Below, piece after piece: positions 1-11,103 of a stretch of DNA of 64,000 bases; position 1 is the stretch's first letter; the number at the start of each line of letters is the position of its first letter. The notes beneath the pieces are model-generated. The model saw only the letters and a program-made list of their open reading frames with translations, had not been told where the DNA came from and did not search any database. The stretch is from Escherichia coli (GTDB lineage: Bacteria; Pseudomonadota; Gammaproteobacteria; Enterobacterales; Enterobacteriaceae). The stretch lies in assembly GCF_029227855.1 (NCBI RefSeq), contig NZ_CP074356.1. One strand, 5' to 3'. Made by a program: the position numbers and the translations under genes.

Positions 1-300
1 ACGGAGCCGGTGGTGGTGATGGATACCATTCTGGTAGTACGACCACGTCAGGTTCAGTTTAAATGGTCCTTCGACCAGGTGACAGGAACGGTAAGTAACA
101 CTGGCAACACATGGTTTAAGCTACTGATTAAGCCAGGATGTGATTCGACCGAAGAGGAAGGCGATGCCTGGTATCTACGTCCGGGAGAGGTGGTTCATCA
201 GCCTGAGTTACGTCAGCCGGGGAATCATTATCTGGTCTATAACGACAAATTCATTAAGATTAGCGATTCCTGTCCGGCTAAGCCCCCTTCGGCGGACTAA
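1..300 (+). CDS. ecpE: C-terminal part of the last gene of the E. coli common pilus (ecp) operon, EcpE-like; 5' end lies outside the window
   Basis: ORF open to the window edge; assignment rests on the conserved neighbourhood ecp-ykgJ-yagU-pao, not on a recognised motif. Confidence 0.4.
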   Translation, partial: TEPVVVMDTILVVRPRQVQFKWSFDQVTGTVSNTGNTWFKLLIKPGCDSTEEEGDAWYLRPGEVVHQPELRQPGNHYLVYNDKFIKISDSCPAKPPSAD

Positions 301-612
301 GACTTATCCATCGGTCAAGGGAAGAACTCCACCTCAGAGACTCAAAAATCGTTTAAATAATGTGGAAGCGATCGTCAATGTCACCTGTAACGATGGGCTT
401 TCTCATATGTACACCATAGTGTTCAGGAGACGCGGAAAGGTACCAGGCAGCCTGCTAACGAGTGGTTTATTCACGAATTAGTACGTAAAATCGGTAACGG
501 CTGGAAATCATTCAATACTCACACTATCGAAAGTTCCCCAGCCAACCGCGGTACGTTCTTACATACGATGTACCGCTGTTCTCTTTACGATTTATAGCTG
601 TACTGGTGAATT

Positions 613-942
613 ATGAGCAATCTGAATCCATGCATGACGTGTGGTGCCTGTTGTGCATTTTTCCGCGTCTCTTTTTACTGGGCCGAAGCCGACGATGCTG
701 GCGGTACCATTCCCGCCAGGCTCACTGAACAAATATCCCCTTTTCACCGATGCATGAGCGGTACCAATCAGAAAAACCCCCGATGTATTGCCCTTGCAGG
801 AACACCGGGCAAAAATGCCTGCTGCACGATATATAAAAATCGATCGTCCACGTGCAGAGAATTCGCCATGTCTGGTGAGAACGGAGTCGTCAATGAGGCT
901 TGCAATCGTGCAAGAGCTAAATACGGGCTGACACCGTTATAA
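613..942 (+). CDS. ykgJ: Cys-rich zinc/iron-chelating domain protein YkgJ (UPF0153 family)
   Basis: 109 aa; cysteine cluster [10 protein letters not shown] plus downstream Cys pairs; position between ecp and yagU. Confidence 0.75.
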
Positions 943-1146
943 ATATGCAATAATTAATTGCACTGCCCCGCCAGCTATAATCGCGGGGCTTCGTTTTTCA
1001 GGGATAACAAAACCCGAAACTTCTTCCATCTGCCAGCAACAATGCCTCTTCCTCTATAGTGTTCTCCGGATCTACAGCATCCTGAAGTAGCGCGATGTAC
1101 TCACGGGCTATCTGCTTCAGAAAGTAAAAAGCAATGTTTTTAACCT

Positions 1147-1180
1147 ATAAAAATGGCGCTGCATTTGCGCCATTTTTATT
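1147..1180. terminator. Bidirectional intrinsic terminator between convergent ykgJ and yagU
   Basis: Hairpin AAATGGCGC-loop-GCGCCATTT flanked by A-run and T-run. Confidence 0.5.
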
Positions 1181-1190
1181 ATTCAATGCA

Positions 1191-1805
1191 TTATCTGTTT
1201 GAGCCTAAAGGGATCTCAGGGTCTGGCTCATGAGTAATTCTGTTTCGTAAATCTCTGCGAATAATTTCAATGGACCAGAACCAGACTAAATGTCCAAAAA
1301 TTTCAGAAACATTCTCATACCACGGGAGATCAAACAGAGGTGGCGTCAGTCCCATGAGAGGGAATGAAATCATATGAACAAAAAGTTGGGCTAAAGCACC
1401 TGCCAGTAAGCCCTGCCAGAGTTTAATTTTTGGAAATACTTCAGCGACCACACAATAACCGACAGCAAACACTATCGAAAAGATAATGTGCGTAACACCA
1501 ACCCAGTTAAAGACATGCCCGGCAAAGGTATAAACAGCCGCATTGGGATCTGTCAGCCCCAACCAGTCTCGAAGAAAAATATACGGAGGATTGAGAAAAT
1601 TACGGGAGCAATCAATTTGCCCAGCAGCCCTGATTAATGATTCCGGGCCACACGCTGCATTAAACATATCCACCGGGCTACGTGGCGGCAATGGAACTTC
1701 AGCCCCCCACTTCACAAATGCGGAAACAACGCCAGCAATCAGCCCAATGAATGCAGCAAGACCATAACGTCTGCGGTTCGGTGGAGTTTGTTCAAATATA
1801 TTCAT
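1191..1805 (-). CDS. yagU: Inner membrane protein YagU (DUF1440 family)
   Basis: 204 aa hydrophobic protein; conserved position next to paoA. Confidence 0.75.
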
Positions 1806-2210
1806 ATCTACCCTGCTTGTACCATTATGTTATACACCTCTTCAGGAGTATTCATAAAATAAGACAAATGTAAAGAACTGTATTGTTTTGTATAATGCAA
1901 TGGTGACTAATCGCCAATGAATATAAGCACCATCATTTCTCCCTATTTTTATATTAAAAGTGACAACGATTTACAGGGTGATGCTGAGCTGACAATCACA
2001 GGTTTCCTTATCGGTTTTTGCATCGCACAACTAAAGCAATAAACTAGCTCCCGTCATCGGCGAATATGAATTAATTAGCCGGGCTCATAGCTGCATTCGC
2101 GTTTTAAGAATAATCCTCCTGCTCTCACCGACTATGCTTAACGTTTAAAAAAGCATCAGCACTCTCGCAACGCACTCTTATTTTCCCCTTTAGAATACCG
2201 GAGGCCTGGT

Positions 2211-2900
2211 ATGAGCAACCAAGGCGAATACCCCGAAGATAATCGGGTTGGGAAGCACGAGCCGCACGATTTTAGTTTGACCCGTCGCGATCTGATTAAA
2301 GTCAGCGCCGCAACGGCGGCGACCGCCGTGGTTTATCCTCATTCTACGCTTGCGGCAAGCGTTCCGGCAGCTACACCCGCGCCAGAGATAATGCCCCTGA
2401 CACTTAAGGTGAACGGCAAAACCGAGCAGTTGGACGTTGATACCCGAACCACGCTACTGGACGCTTTGCGTGAAAATCTGCATCTGATCGGTACCAAGAA
2501 AGGTTGCGATCACGGACAGTGCGGAGCCTGTACCGTGCTGGTCAATGGTCGAAGGCTTAATGCCTGCCTGACGCTTGCAGTCATGCATCAGGGGGCCGAG
2601 ATCACCACCATTGAAGGCCTGGGTTCACCAGACCATCTTCATCCTATGCAGGCGGCCTTTATCAGACATGATGGCTTCCAGTGCGGCTACTGCACCTCCG
2701 GGCAAATTTGCTCATCAGTAGCGGTGCTAAAAGAGATTCAGGACGGCATTCCCAGTCACGTCACGGTCGATTTGGTTTCCCCTCCAGAAAGAACTGCCGA
2801 TGAGATCCGTGAACGTATGAGCGGCAACATCTGTCGCTGTGGTGCATACGCTAACATCCTTGCCGCCATTGAAGACGCTGCGGGGGAGATAAAATCATGA
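2211..2900 (+). CDS. paoA: Periplasmic aldehyde oxidoreductase, 2Fe-2S ferredoxin subunit PaoA
   Basis: 229 aa; twin-arginine signal LTRRDLIK; two 2Fe-2S Cys clusters ([16 protein letters not shown]...CRCG). Confidence 0.9.
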   Translation: MSNQGEYPEDNRVGKHEPHDFSLTRRDLIKVSAATAATAVVYPHSTLAASVPAATPAPEIMPLTLKVNGKTEQLDVDTRTTLLDALRENLHLIGTKKGCDHGQCGACTVLVNGRRLNACLTLAVMHQGAEITTIEGLGSPDHLHPMQAAFIRHDGFQCGYCTSGQICSSVAVLKEIQDGIPSHVTVDLVSPPERTADEIRERMSGNICRCGAYANILAAIEDAAGEIKS

Positions 2901-3853
2901 AGGCGTTTACCTATGAACGTGTGAACACCCCTGCCGAGGCGGCACTTAGTGCTCAGCGCGTACCCGGCGCAAAATTTATCGCGGGCGGGACCAATCTGCT
3001 GGACCTGATGAAGCTGGAAATTGAAACGCCCACCCACCTTATCGATGTGAACGGGCTCGGGCTCGATAAGATTGAAGTGACCGACGCGGGTGGGCTGCGC
3101 ATCGGCGCACTGGTACGGAACACCGACCTGGCGGCTCACGAGCGCGTGCGTCGTGATTATGCGGTACTCTCCCGCGCCCTGCTCGCTGGCGCGTCTGGTC
3201 AGTTACGTAATCAGGCAACCACCGCAGGTAATCTGCTCCAGCGCACGCGCTGCCCCTATTTTTACGACACCAATCAGCCCTGCAATAAGCGCCTGCCCGG
3301 GAGCGGCTGCGCGGCACTTGAAGGCTTTAGCCGTCAGCACGCGGTGGTAGGCGTAAGCGAAGCCTGCATTGCCACCCATCCGAGCGATATGGCGGTCGCA
3401 ATGCGGTTGCTGGATGCGGTAGTGGAAACCATCACGCCGGAGGGAAAGACTCGCAGTATCACACTGGCTGATTTTTATCACCCTCCGGGAAAAACGCCGC
3501 ACATTGAAACCGCCCTGCTTCCCGGTGAGCTTATCGTTGCGGTGGCATTACCTCCGCCGCTCGGCGGAAAACATATCTACCGCAAGGTGCGCGATCGCGC
3601 CTCCTACGCCTTTGCCCTGGTATCGGTCGCGGCGATTATTCAGCCTGACGGCAGCGGGCGCGTCGCGCTGGGCGGAGTAGCACATAAGCCCTGGCGCATT
3701 GAGGCTGCGGATGCTCAGCTATCCCAGGGGGCGCAGGCCGTGTATGACGCGCTGTTCGCCAGCGCCCATCCCACCGCTGAAAACACCTTTAAACTCCTGT
3801 TGGCGAAGCGAACGCTTGCCTCCGTACTGGCTGAAGCGAGGGCACTGGCATGA
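2897..3853 (+). CDS. paoB: Periplasmic aldehyde oxidoreductase, FAD-binding subunit PaoB
   Basis: 318 aa; FAD-binding fold motif [11 protein letters not shown]; 4-nt overlap with paoA. Confidence 0.9.
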   Translation: MKAFTYERVNTPAEAALSAQRVPGAKFIAGGTNLLDLMKLEIETPTHLIDVNGLGLDKIEVTDAGGLRIGALVRNTDLAAHERVRRDYAVLSRALLAGASGQLRNQATTAGNLLQRTRCPYFYDTNQPCNKRLPGSGCAALEGFSRQHAVVGVSEACIATHPSDMAVAMRLLDAVVETITPEGKTRSITLADFYHPPGKTPHIETALLPGELIVAVALPPPLGGKHIYRKVRDRASYAFALVSVAAIIQPDGSGRVALGGVAHKPWRIEAADAQLSQGAQAVYDALFASAHPTAENTFKLLLAKRTLASVLAEARALA

Positions 3854-6048
3854 AATTTGATAAACCCGCAGGGGAAAACCCGATCGATCAGCTGAAGGTT
3901 GTCGGTCGTCCCCATGACCGCATCGACGGACCGCTGAAAACTACCGGCACGGCACGCTACGCCTACGAATGGCATGAAGAAGCCCCCAACGCCGCCTATG
4001 GTTATATCGTCAGTTCCGCCATTGCCAAAGGACGCCTCACCGCCCTTGATACGGACGCCGCGCAAAAAGCGCCGGGCGTACTGGCTGTCATTACCGCCAG
4101 TAACGCTGGGGCACTCGGCAAAGGCGACAAAAACACCGCCAGGCTGTTAGGCGGCCCCACTATTGAGCACTATCATCAGGCCATTGCGCTGGTAGTGGCT
4201 GAGACCTTCGAACAGGCGCGAGCGGCGGCCTCGCTGGTGCAGGCGCACTATCGCCGTAATAAAGGAGCTTACTCCCTGGCGGACGAGAAACAGGCCGTCA
4301 GTCAGCCGCCGGAAGACACGCCCGATAAAAATGTTGGTGACTTTGACGGGGCTTTCACCTCCGCTGCGGTAAAGATTGATGCTACCTACACGACCCCGGA
4401 CCAGAGCCATATGGCGATGGAGCCGCATGCCTCGATGGCCGTCTGGGATGGGAATAAGCTTACCCTCTGGACCTCAAATCAGATGATTGACTGGTGCCGC
4501 ACCGATCTGGCAAAAACGCTGAAAGTGCCCGTGGAGAATGTGCGTATTATCTCCCCGTATATCGGCGGAGGGTTTGGCGGCAAGCTGTTCCTGAGAAGCG
4601 ATGCGCTGCTGGCGGCCCTCGCCGCCCGTGCGGTGAAACGTCCGGTTAAAGTGATGCTCCCCCGCCCCACTATTCCCAATAACACCACGCACCGCCCCGC
4701 CACCCTTCAGCACCTGCGTATCGGTGCCGACCAGAGCGGGAAAATCACCGCTATCTCACATGAAAGCTGGTCCGGAAACCTGCCCGGCGGCACGCCGGAA
4801 ACGGCGGTACAGCAAAGCGAATTACTCTACGCAGGGGCAAACCGTCATACAGGCCTGCGGCTCGCCACGCTTGATTTGCCGGAAGGGAACGCCATGCGTG
4901 CGCCCGGCGAAGCCCCCGGTCTGATGGCGCTCGAAATCGCGATCGATGAACTGGCGGAAAAAGCGGGCATCGATCCCGTCGAGTTTCGCATCCTGAATGA
5001 CACTCAGGTTGACCCCGCCGATCCGACGCGCCGCTTCTCTCGCCGTCAGCTTATCGAGTGCTTGCGCACCGGAGCGGATAAATTTGGCTGGAAGCAGCGC
5101 AACGCCACACCCGGACAGGTGCGCGACGGGGAGTGGCTAGTCGGCCACGGCGTCGCAGCGGGCTTTCGCAATAATCTGCTGGAAAAATCGGGTGCGCGGG
5201 TTCATCTCGAACAAAACAGCACCGTTACCGTGGAAACGGACATGACCGATATTGGCACTGGCAGCTACACCATTCTGGCCCAGACGGCAGCGGAAATGCT
5301 TGGCGTACCGCTGGAGCAGGTTGCGGTTCACCTCGGCGATTCCAGTTTCCCGGTTTCTGCGGGGTCTGGTGGACAATGGGGCGCGAATACCTCCACCTCC
5401 GGCGTTTACGCCGCCTGTGTGAAGCTTCGCGAAATGATTGCCTCGGCAGTCGGGTTTGATCCTGAGCAGTCGCAGTTTGCCGACGGCAAGATTACCAACG
5501 GTACCCGAAGCGCCACGCTACGTGAGGCCACCGCAGGCGGTAGACTGACAGCGGAAGAGAGCATTGAATTCGGAACACTGAGCAAGGAGTACCAGCAATC
5601 GACCTTTGCCGGGCATTTTGTGGAGGTCAGCGTGCATAGCGCGACGGGAGAAGTTCGGGTCCGACGTATGCTCGCCGTGTGCGCAGCGGGGCGCATTCTG
5701 AATCCGAAAACCGCACGCAGCCAGGTCATTGGCGCAATGACTATGGGCATGGGCGCGGCACTGATGGAGGAGCTGGCGGTAGATGACCGTTTGGGCTACT
5801 TCGTTAATCACGATATGGCGGGGTATGAGGTGCCGATTCATGCGGATATCCCAAAACAGGAGGTGATTTTCCTGGATGATACCGACCCCATCTCCTCCCC
5901 GATGAAGGCCAAAGGTGTCGGTGAGCTGGGCCTGTGCGGCGTGAGCGCGGCTATCGCCAACGCGGTGTATAACGCCACCGGTATTCGGGTACGGGATTAT
6001 CCCATCACTCTGGATAAGCTGCTCGATAAACTGCCGGATGTGGTTTAA
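3850..6048 (+). CDS. paoC: Periplasmic aldehyde oxidoreductase, molybdopterin-binding subunit PaoC
   Basis: 732 aa xanthine dehydrogenase-family Mo subunit; coupled to paoB. Confidence 0.9.
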   Translation: MKFDKPAGENPIDQLKVVGRPHDRIDGPLKTTGTARYAYEWHEEAPNAAYGYIVSSAIAKGRLTALDTDAAQKAPGVLAVITASNAGALGKGDKNTARLLGGPTIEHYHQAIALVVAETFEQARAAASLVQAHYRRNKGAYSLADEKQAVSQPPEDTPDKNVGDFDGAFTSAAVKIDATYTTPDQSHMAMEPHASMAVWDGNKLTLWTSNQMIDWCRTDLAKTLKVPVENVRIISPYIGGGFGGKLFLRSDALLAALAARAVKRPVKVMLPRPTIPNNTTHRPATLQHLRIGADQSGKITAISHESWSGNLPGGTPETAVQQSELLYAGANRHTGLRLATLDLPEGNAMRAPGEAPGLMALEIAIDELAEKAGIDPVEFRILNDTQVDPADPTRRFSRRQLIECLRTGADKFGWKQRNATPGQVRDGEWLVGHGVAAGFRNNLLEKSGARVHLEQNSTVTVETDMTDIGTGSYTILAQTAAEMLGVPLEQVAVHLGDSSFPVSAGSGGQWGANTSTSGVYAACVKLREMIASAVGFDPEQSQFADGKITNGTRSATLREATAGGRLTAEESIEFGTLSKEYQQSTFAGHFVEVSVHSATGEVRVRRMLAVCAAGRILNPKTARSQVIGAMTMGMGAALMEELAVDDRLGYFVNHDMAGYEVPIHADIPKQEVIFLDDTDPISSPMKAKGVGELGLCGVSAAIANAVYNATGIRVRDYPITLDKLLDKLPDVV

Positions 6049-6057
6049 GGAGGAACA

Positions 6058-7014
6058 ATGTCATACTCGCTTTTTGACAAAGACGAGCACTGGCATAAGC
6101 CAGAGCAGGCGTTTCTCACCGATGACCACCGGACCATTCTGCGCTTCGCCGTAGAGGCGCTAATGTCCGGTAAAGGAGCGGTGCTGGTGACGCTGGTGGA
6201 GATACGCGGCGGCGCGGCGCGCCCGCTCGGGGCGCAGATGGTGGTGCGCGAAGATGGTCGTTACTGCGGTTTTGTCTCTGGCGGCTGCGTGGAGGCCGCT
6301 GCCGCTTTTGAAGCGCTGGAGATGATGGGCTCAGGCCGCGATCGCGAAATTCGCTATGGTGAAGGTTCGCCGTGGTTTGACATCGTTCTGCCCTGCGGCG
6401 GTGGGATCACGCTGACGCTCCATAAACTACGCTCGGCACAGCCTCTGCTCGCCGTGCTGAACCGCCTGGAACAGAGAAAACCGGCGGGTCTGCGCTACGA
6501 TCCGCAAGCTCAATCGCTGGTGTGCCTGCCCACGCAAACCCGGACGGGCTGGAATCTCAATGGCTTTGAGGTGGGGTTCAGACCATGCGTCAGTCTGATG
6601 ATTTACGGACGTTCTCTTGAGGCGCAGGCAACCGCGAGTCTTGCAGCAGCCACAGGCTATGACAGCCATATCTTCGATCTTTTTCCGGCCTCAGCCAGCG
6701 CTCAGATCGATACCGATACGGCGGTCATTTTGCTGTGCCATGATCTCAACCGGGAGCTGCCAGTGTTGCAGGCCGCGCGAGAGGCAAAACCCTTTTATCT
6801 CGGCGCATTGGGCAGCTATCGAACCCACACTTTACGTCTGCAAAAGCTCCACGAGCTGGGATGGTCCAGGGAGGAGACAGCGCAAATCCGGGCACCCGTC
6901 GGGATATTCCCCAAAGCCCGGGATGCGCATACTCTGGCACTCTCCGTGCTGGCAGAAGTCGCCTCTGTACGTCTCCATCAGGAGGAGGATTCATGCCTGC
7001 CCCCGTCGTCCTGA
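6058..7014 (+). CDS. paoD: Molybdenum cofactor insertion chaperone PaoD (XdhC family)
   Basis: 318 aa XdhC/CoxI-like protein directly after paoC. Confidence 0.85.
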   Translation: MSYSLFDKDEHWHKPEQAFLTDDHRTILRFAVEALMSGKGAVLVTLVEIRGGAARPLGAQMVVREDGRYCGFVSGGCVEAAAAFEALEMMGSGRDREIRYGEGSPWFDIVLPCGGGITLTLHKLRSAQPLLAVLNRLEQRKPAGLRYDPQAQSLVCLPTQTRTGWNLNGFEVGFRPCVSLMIYGRSLEAQATASLAAATGYDSHIFDLFPASASAQIDTDTAVILLCHDLNRELPVLQAAREAKPFYLGALGSYRTHTLRLQKLHELGWSREETAQIRAPVGIFPKARDAHTLALSVLAEVASVRLHQEEDSCLPPSS

Positions 7015-7094
7015 TCCTTGCGGCCGGGCGTGGAGAGCGCTTTCTCGCCTCCGGGGGAAATACCCATAAATTAAGAGAAAAATCTGCAGTAGCC
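7005..7094 (+). pseudogene. 5' remnant of a MobA/MocA-like nucleotidyltransferase gene (about 28 codons), coupled to the paoD stop
   Basis: ATG overlapping the paoD end encodes MPAPVVLILAAGRGERFLASGGNTHKL (ILAAGxGxR NTP-transferase motif); similarity then stops and the frame runs into the 3' end of the opposite-strand transporter gene. Confidence 0.4.
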
Positions 7095-7193
7095 GTTTTA
7101 GAAAATCACCTAAATCGTTTAAAAGAGCACCCAACCCATAGTGGGCGCTCATCGCCTTGTGTAACTTATTCAGCAACGCGCGCCCTCGCCGGA

Positions 7194-8387
7194 CTAAAGC
7201 GCACCGGCCTTCTGGCGTGCGGTAACAAAGGTCAGTACGCCAGCGCAAAGGAGCAGCACGCTACTCATAGCAAACGTGCTCTGCCAGCCAAGGCGGTCAA
7301 ATACGATGCCTCCTGCTGTTGATCCAAGGGCGATGGAGAGCTGAATCACCGCGACCATGAGCCCGCCTCCGGCTTCGGCGTTGTCAGGCAACGTACGCGC
7401 AATCCATGTCCACCATCCGGTTGGCGCGGCGGTGGCCAGCATGCCCCAGAGTCCTAACAGCAGCGAGACCGTCCAGACGTGATGCCCGGTCAGCATCAGA
7501 CCGATAGCAATGACGGCCATCAGTCCGGGTATGGCCATCAGCGTGGGGTAGAATTTTCTGTTGAGAAATGCCGAAACAACCAGCGTGCCAATAAAACCGG
7601 CCACGCCGATAATCAGCAAAATCAACGACAAGCCTAAGGAATTAACCCGTGTCACCGACTCCAGAAACGGGCGCACATAGGTGAATAGTGCAAACTGCCC
7701 CATGAAAAACAGGCAGCAGGCTATCATGCCGACCACAACCATGCGGCGGCTAAATAAGCGGAATACCGCGCCACATGAAGTGTGGCTTTTATTCGCATCC
7801 ATGCTTGGCAGGCTGATGCACTGCCAGATAAAGGCGACAACCGCGATGGGCACCAGGCACAAGAAAGCGCCTCGCCATCCGACCGTAGCCCCCAGATAGC
7901 TTCCCAGCGGTGCGGCCACGACCGTCGCCAGCGCATTACCGGCGTTGAAAATTGCCAGCGCACGCGTGACCTGATGCTGCGGCACCAGACGAATCGCCGT
8001 TGCCGCTGACATCGACCAGAATCCGCCAATAGCCACACCAATCATCGCACGACCGACCATATACATCAGATAACTGGAAGCCAGCGCAATAATAAGCCCC
8101 GATACGGCCATCAGAACCGTCATCCCCAGCAGCAGGAACTTACGATTCATCTTTCCAGCTAGCGTTGAAAGCGTCAGGCTGGTCAGAACCGCCAGCGCGC
8201 CGGAGATAGCAATCCCCTGCCCTGCCAGCCCCTCCGTCACGCCTAAATCGCGGGTAATCGGCGTGAGCAGGCTGACGGGCATAAATTCAGAAGCAATCAG
8301 CACAAACACGCACAGGGTCATGGCAAAAATACCGCCCCAGTATGCGCGCTGATGATGAGGTGATAGTGTTTGGCTTAGTGTCGACAT
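7194..8387 (-). CDS. Major facilitator superfamily transporter (12 predicted TM helices)
   Basis: 397 aa, hydrophobic throughout with MFS-like glycine-rich loops. Confidence 0.7.
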   Translation of the reverse strand: MSTLSQTLSPHHQRAYWGGIFAMTLCVFVLIASEFMPVSLLTPITRDLGVTEGLAGQGIAISGALAVLTSLTLSTLAGKMNRKFLLLGMTVLMAVSGLIIALASSYLMYMVGRAMIGVAIGGFWSMSAATAIRLVPQHQVTRALAIFNAGNALATVVAAPLGSYLGATVGWRGAFLCLVPIAVVAFIWQCISLPSMDANKSHTSCGAVFRLFSRRMVVVGMIACCLFFMGQFALFTYVRPFLESVTRVNSLGLSLILLIIGVAGFIGTLVVSAFLNRKFYPTLMAIPGLMAVIAIGLMLTGHHVWTVSLLLGLWGMLATAAPTGWWTWIARTLPDNAEAGGGLMVAVIQLSIALGSTAGGIVFDRLGWQSTFAMSSVLLLCAGVLTFVTARQKAGAL

Positions 8388-8462
8388 AGTGAAATTTCAC
8401 AAAGATCAGGATAAAAGCCACCAGCCTATGGCCGGTGGCTTTGCATCAATTCAGGAGAGGTT

Positions 8463-9620
8463 TTATTTCAGTTTGGTCTGGAAAAATTGTTCGAACTTCG
8501 CGAAAGGTATTTTTCCGGCCACGTTATCGTACAGGTCCACGTGATTTGCCCCTGGTACCACCACCAACTCTTTGTCTTTACTGCCAACCGCCTTGTAAGC
8601 ATCTTCAGCAAAATAGCGTGAATGTGCTTTCTCACCGGTCACAATCAGCGTCGGAATGGTGATTTCACTGGCGTAGCTCAACAGCGGCATATTCATAAAT
8701 GACAGCGGCATCGTTGCCGTCCACGCCCCGGTAGAGTTAACGGAACGTTCGTGGAAGCCGCGCGGCATGCGATAGTAGTCAAAGAACTCTTTCAGTACCG
8801 GATGAGGATTTGCCGGCAGCGTTTCTGGCAGAATGCGCTCGCCCGCACTGACCTTGCCGTTGCTGTCGACATTAATATCATGACCACCGTGAGCGAACGT
8901 TCCGCTCTGCGCATCCTTCCAGCGCTGTTCATTCAGATATTGCAGAACAGCACGACGGTCGGCGGTAGAATAACGGTCTTTGCCATCCCCCACACCATGG
9001 CCCATCGCCCGGCTCATGTCATACATCACGCTGGTAGCTACCGCTTTAACGCGGGTATCCATCGCCGCGTCGTTCAGCGCCATGCCGCCCCAGCCACAAA
9101 TACCGAGCAGCCCGATACGGTTGCGATCTACCTCTTTTTGCAGCCCTAAGAAATCCACTGCCGCGCTGAAATCTTCAGTGTTGATATCCGGTGAGGCGAC
9201 GTTTCGCGGATAGCCGCCGCTTTCCCCGGTGTAAGAAGGATCGAACGCCAGGGTAACAAACCCTCGTTCCGCCAGCGTCTGCGCATACAGGCCGCTGGAT
9301 TGCTCTTTCACCGCGCCAAATGACCCACTGACCGCAATCGCCGCCAGCTTGCGATCGCCACGGTCTTTAGGCAGGTAAAGATCGCCCACTAAGGTGATGC
9401 CATATCGGTTCGGGAACGAGACTTTACGGTGATCGACTTTCTGGCTCTCGGCGAACGTTTTATCCCATTTATCTGTCATGGACACAGGGGCATTAGGATT
9501 GGTTGAATCAGCATAACTCATTGTCGTGACTCCACTTAATGATGCGAAAAGCAGCATGGTCGGCATCGCGGTTTTTAGCGTGCGGGTGAAGGCTTTCATA
9601 AAAATCCCCATAAAAAACAA
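8463..9620 (-). CDS. Secreted alpha/beta-fold hydrolase; alternative start at 9599 (MKAF...)
   Basis: 385 aa; N-terminal signal peptide; nucleophile-elbow-like motif GICGWGG; upstream of the MFS gene on the same strand. Confidence 0.55.
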   Translation of the reverse strand: MFFMGIFMKAFTRTLKTAMPTMLLFASLSGVTTMSYADSTNPNAPVSMTDKWDKTFAESQKVDHRKVSFPNRYGITLVGDLYLPKDRGDRKLAAIAVSGSFGAVKEQSSGLYAQTLAERGFVTLAFDPSYTGESGGYPRNVASPDINTEDFSAAVDFLGLQKEVDRNRIGLLGICGWGGMALNDAAMDTRVKAVATSVMYDMSRAMGHGVGDGKDRYSTADRRAVLQYLNEQRWKDAQSGTFAHGGHDINVDSNGKVSAGERILPETLPANPHPVLKEFFDYYRMPRGFHERSVNSTGAWTATMPLSFMNMPLLSYASEITIPTLIVTGEKAHSRYFAEDAYKAVGSKDKELVVVPGANHVDLYDNVAGKIPFAKFEQFFQTKLK

Positions 9621-9785
9621 CAGAGAGATACAGGTTTCCGACGGACAACGCTGCGGTGCTTTACTTTGATGGGGTCATTATAGTGAGCAGAATTAGTGCT
9701 GATTAGGGGGCGATTAATGCTAAGATTAATACCATATTGTTATAAATTAATGTGGAGATTGCCGGCATGAAGGGGGGATGTTTCA

Positions 9786-10670
9786 ATGGCGAAAAGGGAG
9801 AACTACAACGAGCTGTACCTGTTTATGCAGGTGGTGCGGGAAGGCAGCTTTACCGCAGCGGCTCAGCGGCTGGGTCTTGCTCAGTCAGGAGTCAGCCGTT
9901 CTGTTCGCGAGCTTGAAGAAAGGCTGGGTGTCCAGCTGCTAGTGCGCACCACGCGTAAACTGTCGCTGACACAAGCAGGCGAGCAGCTCTACCAGAAGAC
10001 GGCATCTGGATTTGAAATGTTAGATCTTGGGCTTGCCACGCTGGCGCATTATCGAGAGACGCCCTCCGGCACGGTGCGTATCAATGCCAGCCAGCACGCG
10101 ATTGATAAATGCCTGCTGCCAAAGCTGGCGGTATTTAAACAGAGATATCCTGATATCCGGCTTGAACTGATAAATGAGAGCCGGTTCGTCGATATCATCG
10201 AGGAAAGATTCGATGCAGGTGTCCGCCTGGGGCCTGAAGTCGGCCAGGGTATGGTCGCGGTACGCATCACGCCCGATATGGAGATGGCAATTGTGGGGAC
10301 TCCGGAACATTTTCGTCGCTATGGTTTTCCGCAAACCCCGGCGGATTTAAAGGCGCATCCCTGTATCGCCTATCAGTTTGCCGACGGCAGCGTATACCAG
10401 TGGGAACTCAATCAGGATGATAAAAAAATCACTCATCGCCCTGAAGGGCAATGGGCCCTATCCGACAGCTATATGGAAGCAGAAGCCGCCCGGCTGGGCC
10501 TCGGATTGGCCTATGTTCCTGTTGAACTGGTCGCGGATGATTTAGAACACGGTAAGCTTATCAGGGTGTTGCAGCGTTACAGCCTGCGAATGGAGGGATT
10601 GTTTCTCTATTACCCTCATCGCAACGTCTCCCCCGCCCTGCGGATGGTCATTGATACATTGAAAATCTGA
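9786..10670 (+). CDS. LysR-family transcriptional regulator
   Basis: 294 aa; N-terminal HTH (FTAAAQRLGLAQSGVSRSVRELEERLGVQLL); divergent from the hydrolase-MFS pair. Confidence 0.85.
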   Translation: MAKRENYNELYLFMQVVREGSFTAAAQRLGLAQSGVSRSVRELEERLGVQLLVRTTRKLSLTQAGEQLYQKTASGFEMLDLGLATLAHYRETPSGTVRINASQHAIDKCLLPKLAVFKQRYPDIRLELINESRFVDIIEERFDAGVRLGPEVGQGMVAVRITPDMEMAIVGTPEHFRRYGFPQTPADLKAHPCIAYQFADGSVYQWELNQDDKKITHRPEGQWALSDSYMEAEAARLGLGLAYVPVELVADDLEHGKLIRVLQRYSLRMEGLFLYYPHRNVSPALRMVIDTLKI

Positions 10671-11103
10671 ACGTTAACAACGACCGACTCTTCACTGTGC
10701 AAAATTGTGTCAGGTAGTCCCTCTGCGTTCAATTCCAGGGTCTGCTTTGAGCGAGAAAGAGGGGACTATCCAGCAATGGAGATCACCCAAAAGAAAAAAC
10801 CACCTGGCTCCCTCGACAACCTTCATCCGGGCATTTAGCCTCAATCAACATTTTTATATCTGTCAGGTTACTTCATTATGAAAACTGATCATCATCGTTG
10901 TTTTTGTTGCAATAGTAGAATACGCGTATTTATTCCTCCATCTCTATTAATAACGGCAATAAACTGTTCACTTCACTGATATTTAAAATATGTATCCTTT
11001 TCAAGCTGTTCAGCGGCGTAAGAAAAAGTATTAATTATGAATTCGATGATTTAACCATATCTGTCTGATTGGTAATCATCCGTGATTAATGCTGGTCTAT
11101 TGA

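Noticed and set aside
3039-3502. ORFs of 86-99 aa on both strands inside paoB
   Set aside because: Fully embedded in a well-supported gene; Arg/Ala-rich translations typical of high-GC out-of-frame readings.
6861-7322. 153-aa ORF spanning the paoD end to the MFS gene end
   Set aside because: Only its internal ATG at 7005 opens a recognisable nucleotidyltransferase-like stretch; the rest overlaps two real genes, so it is treated as a fragment, not a gene.
10715-10768. Imperfect inverted repeat TAGTCCCTCT...AGAGGGGACTA downstream of the LysR gene
   Set aside because: Long loop and no T-run; could be a weak terminator or chance; insufficient evidence for a feature.
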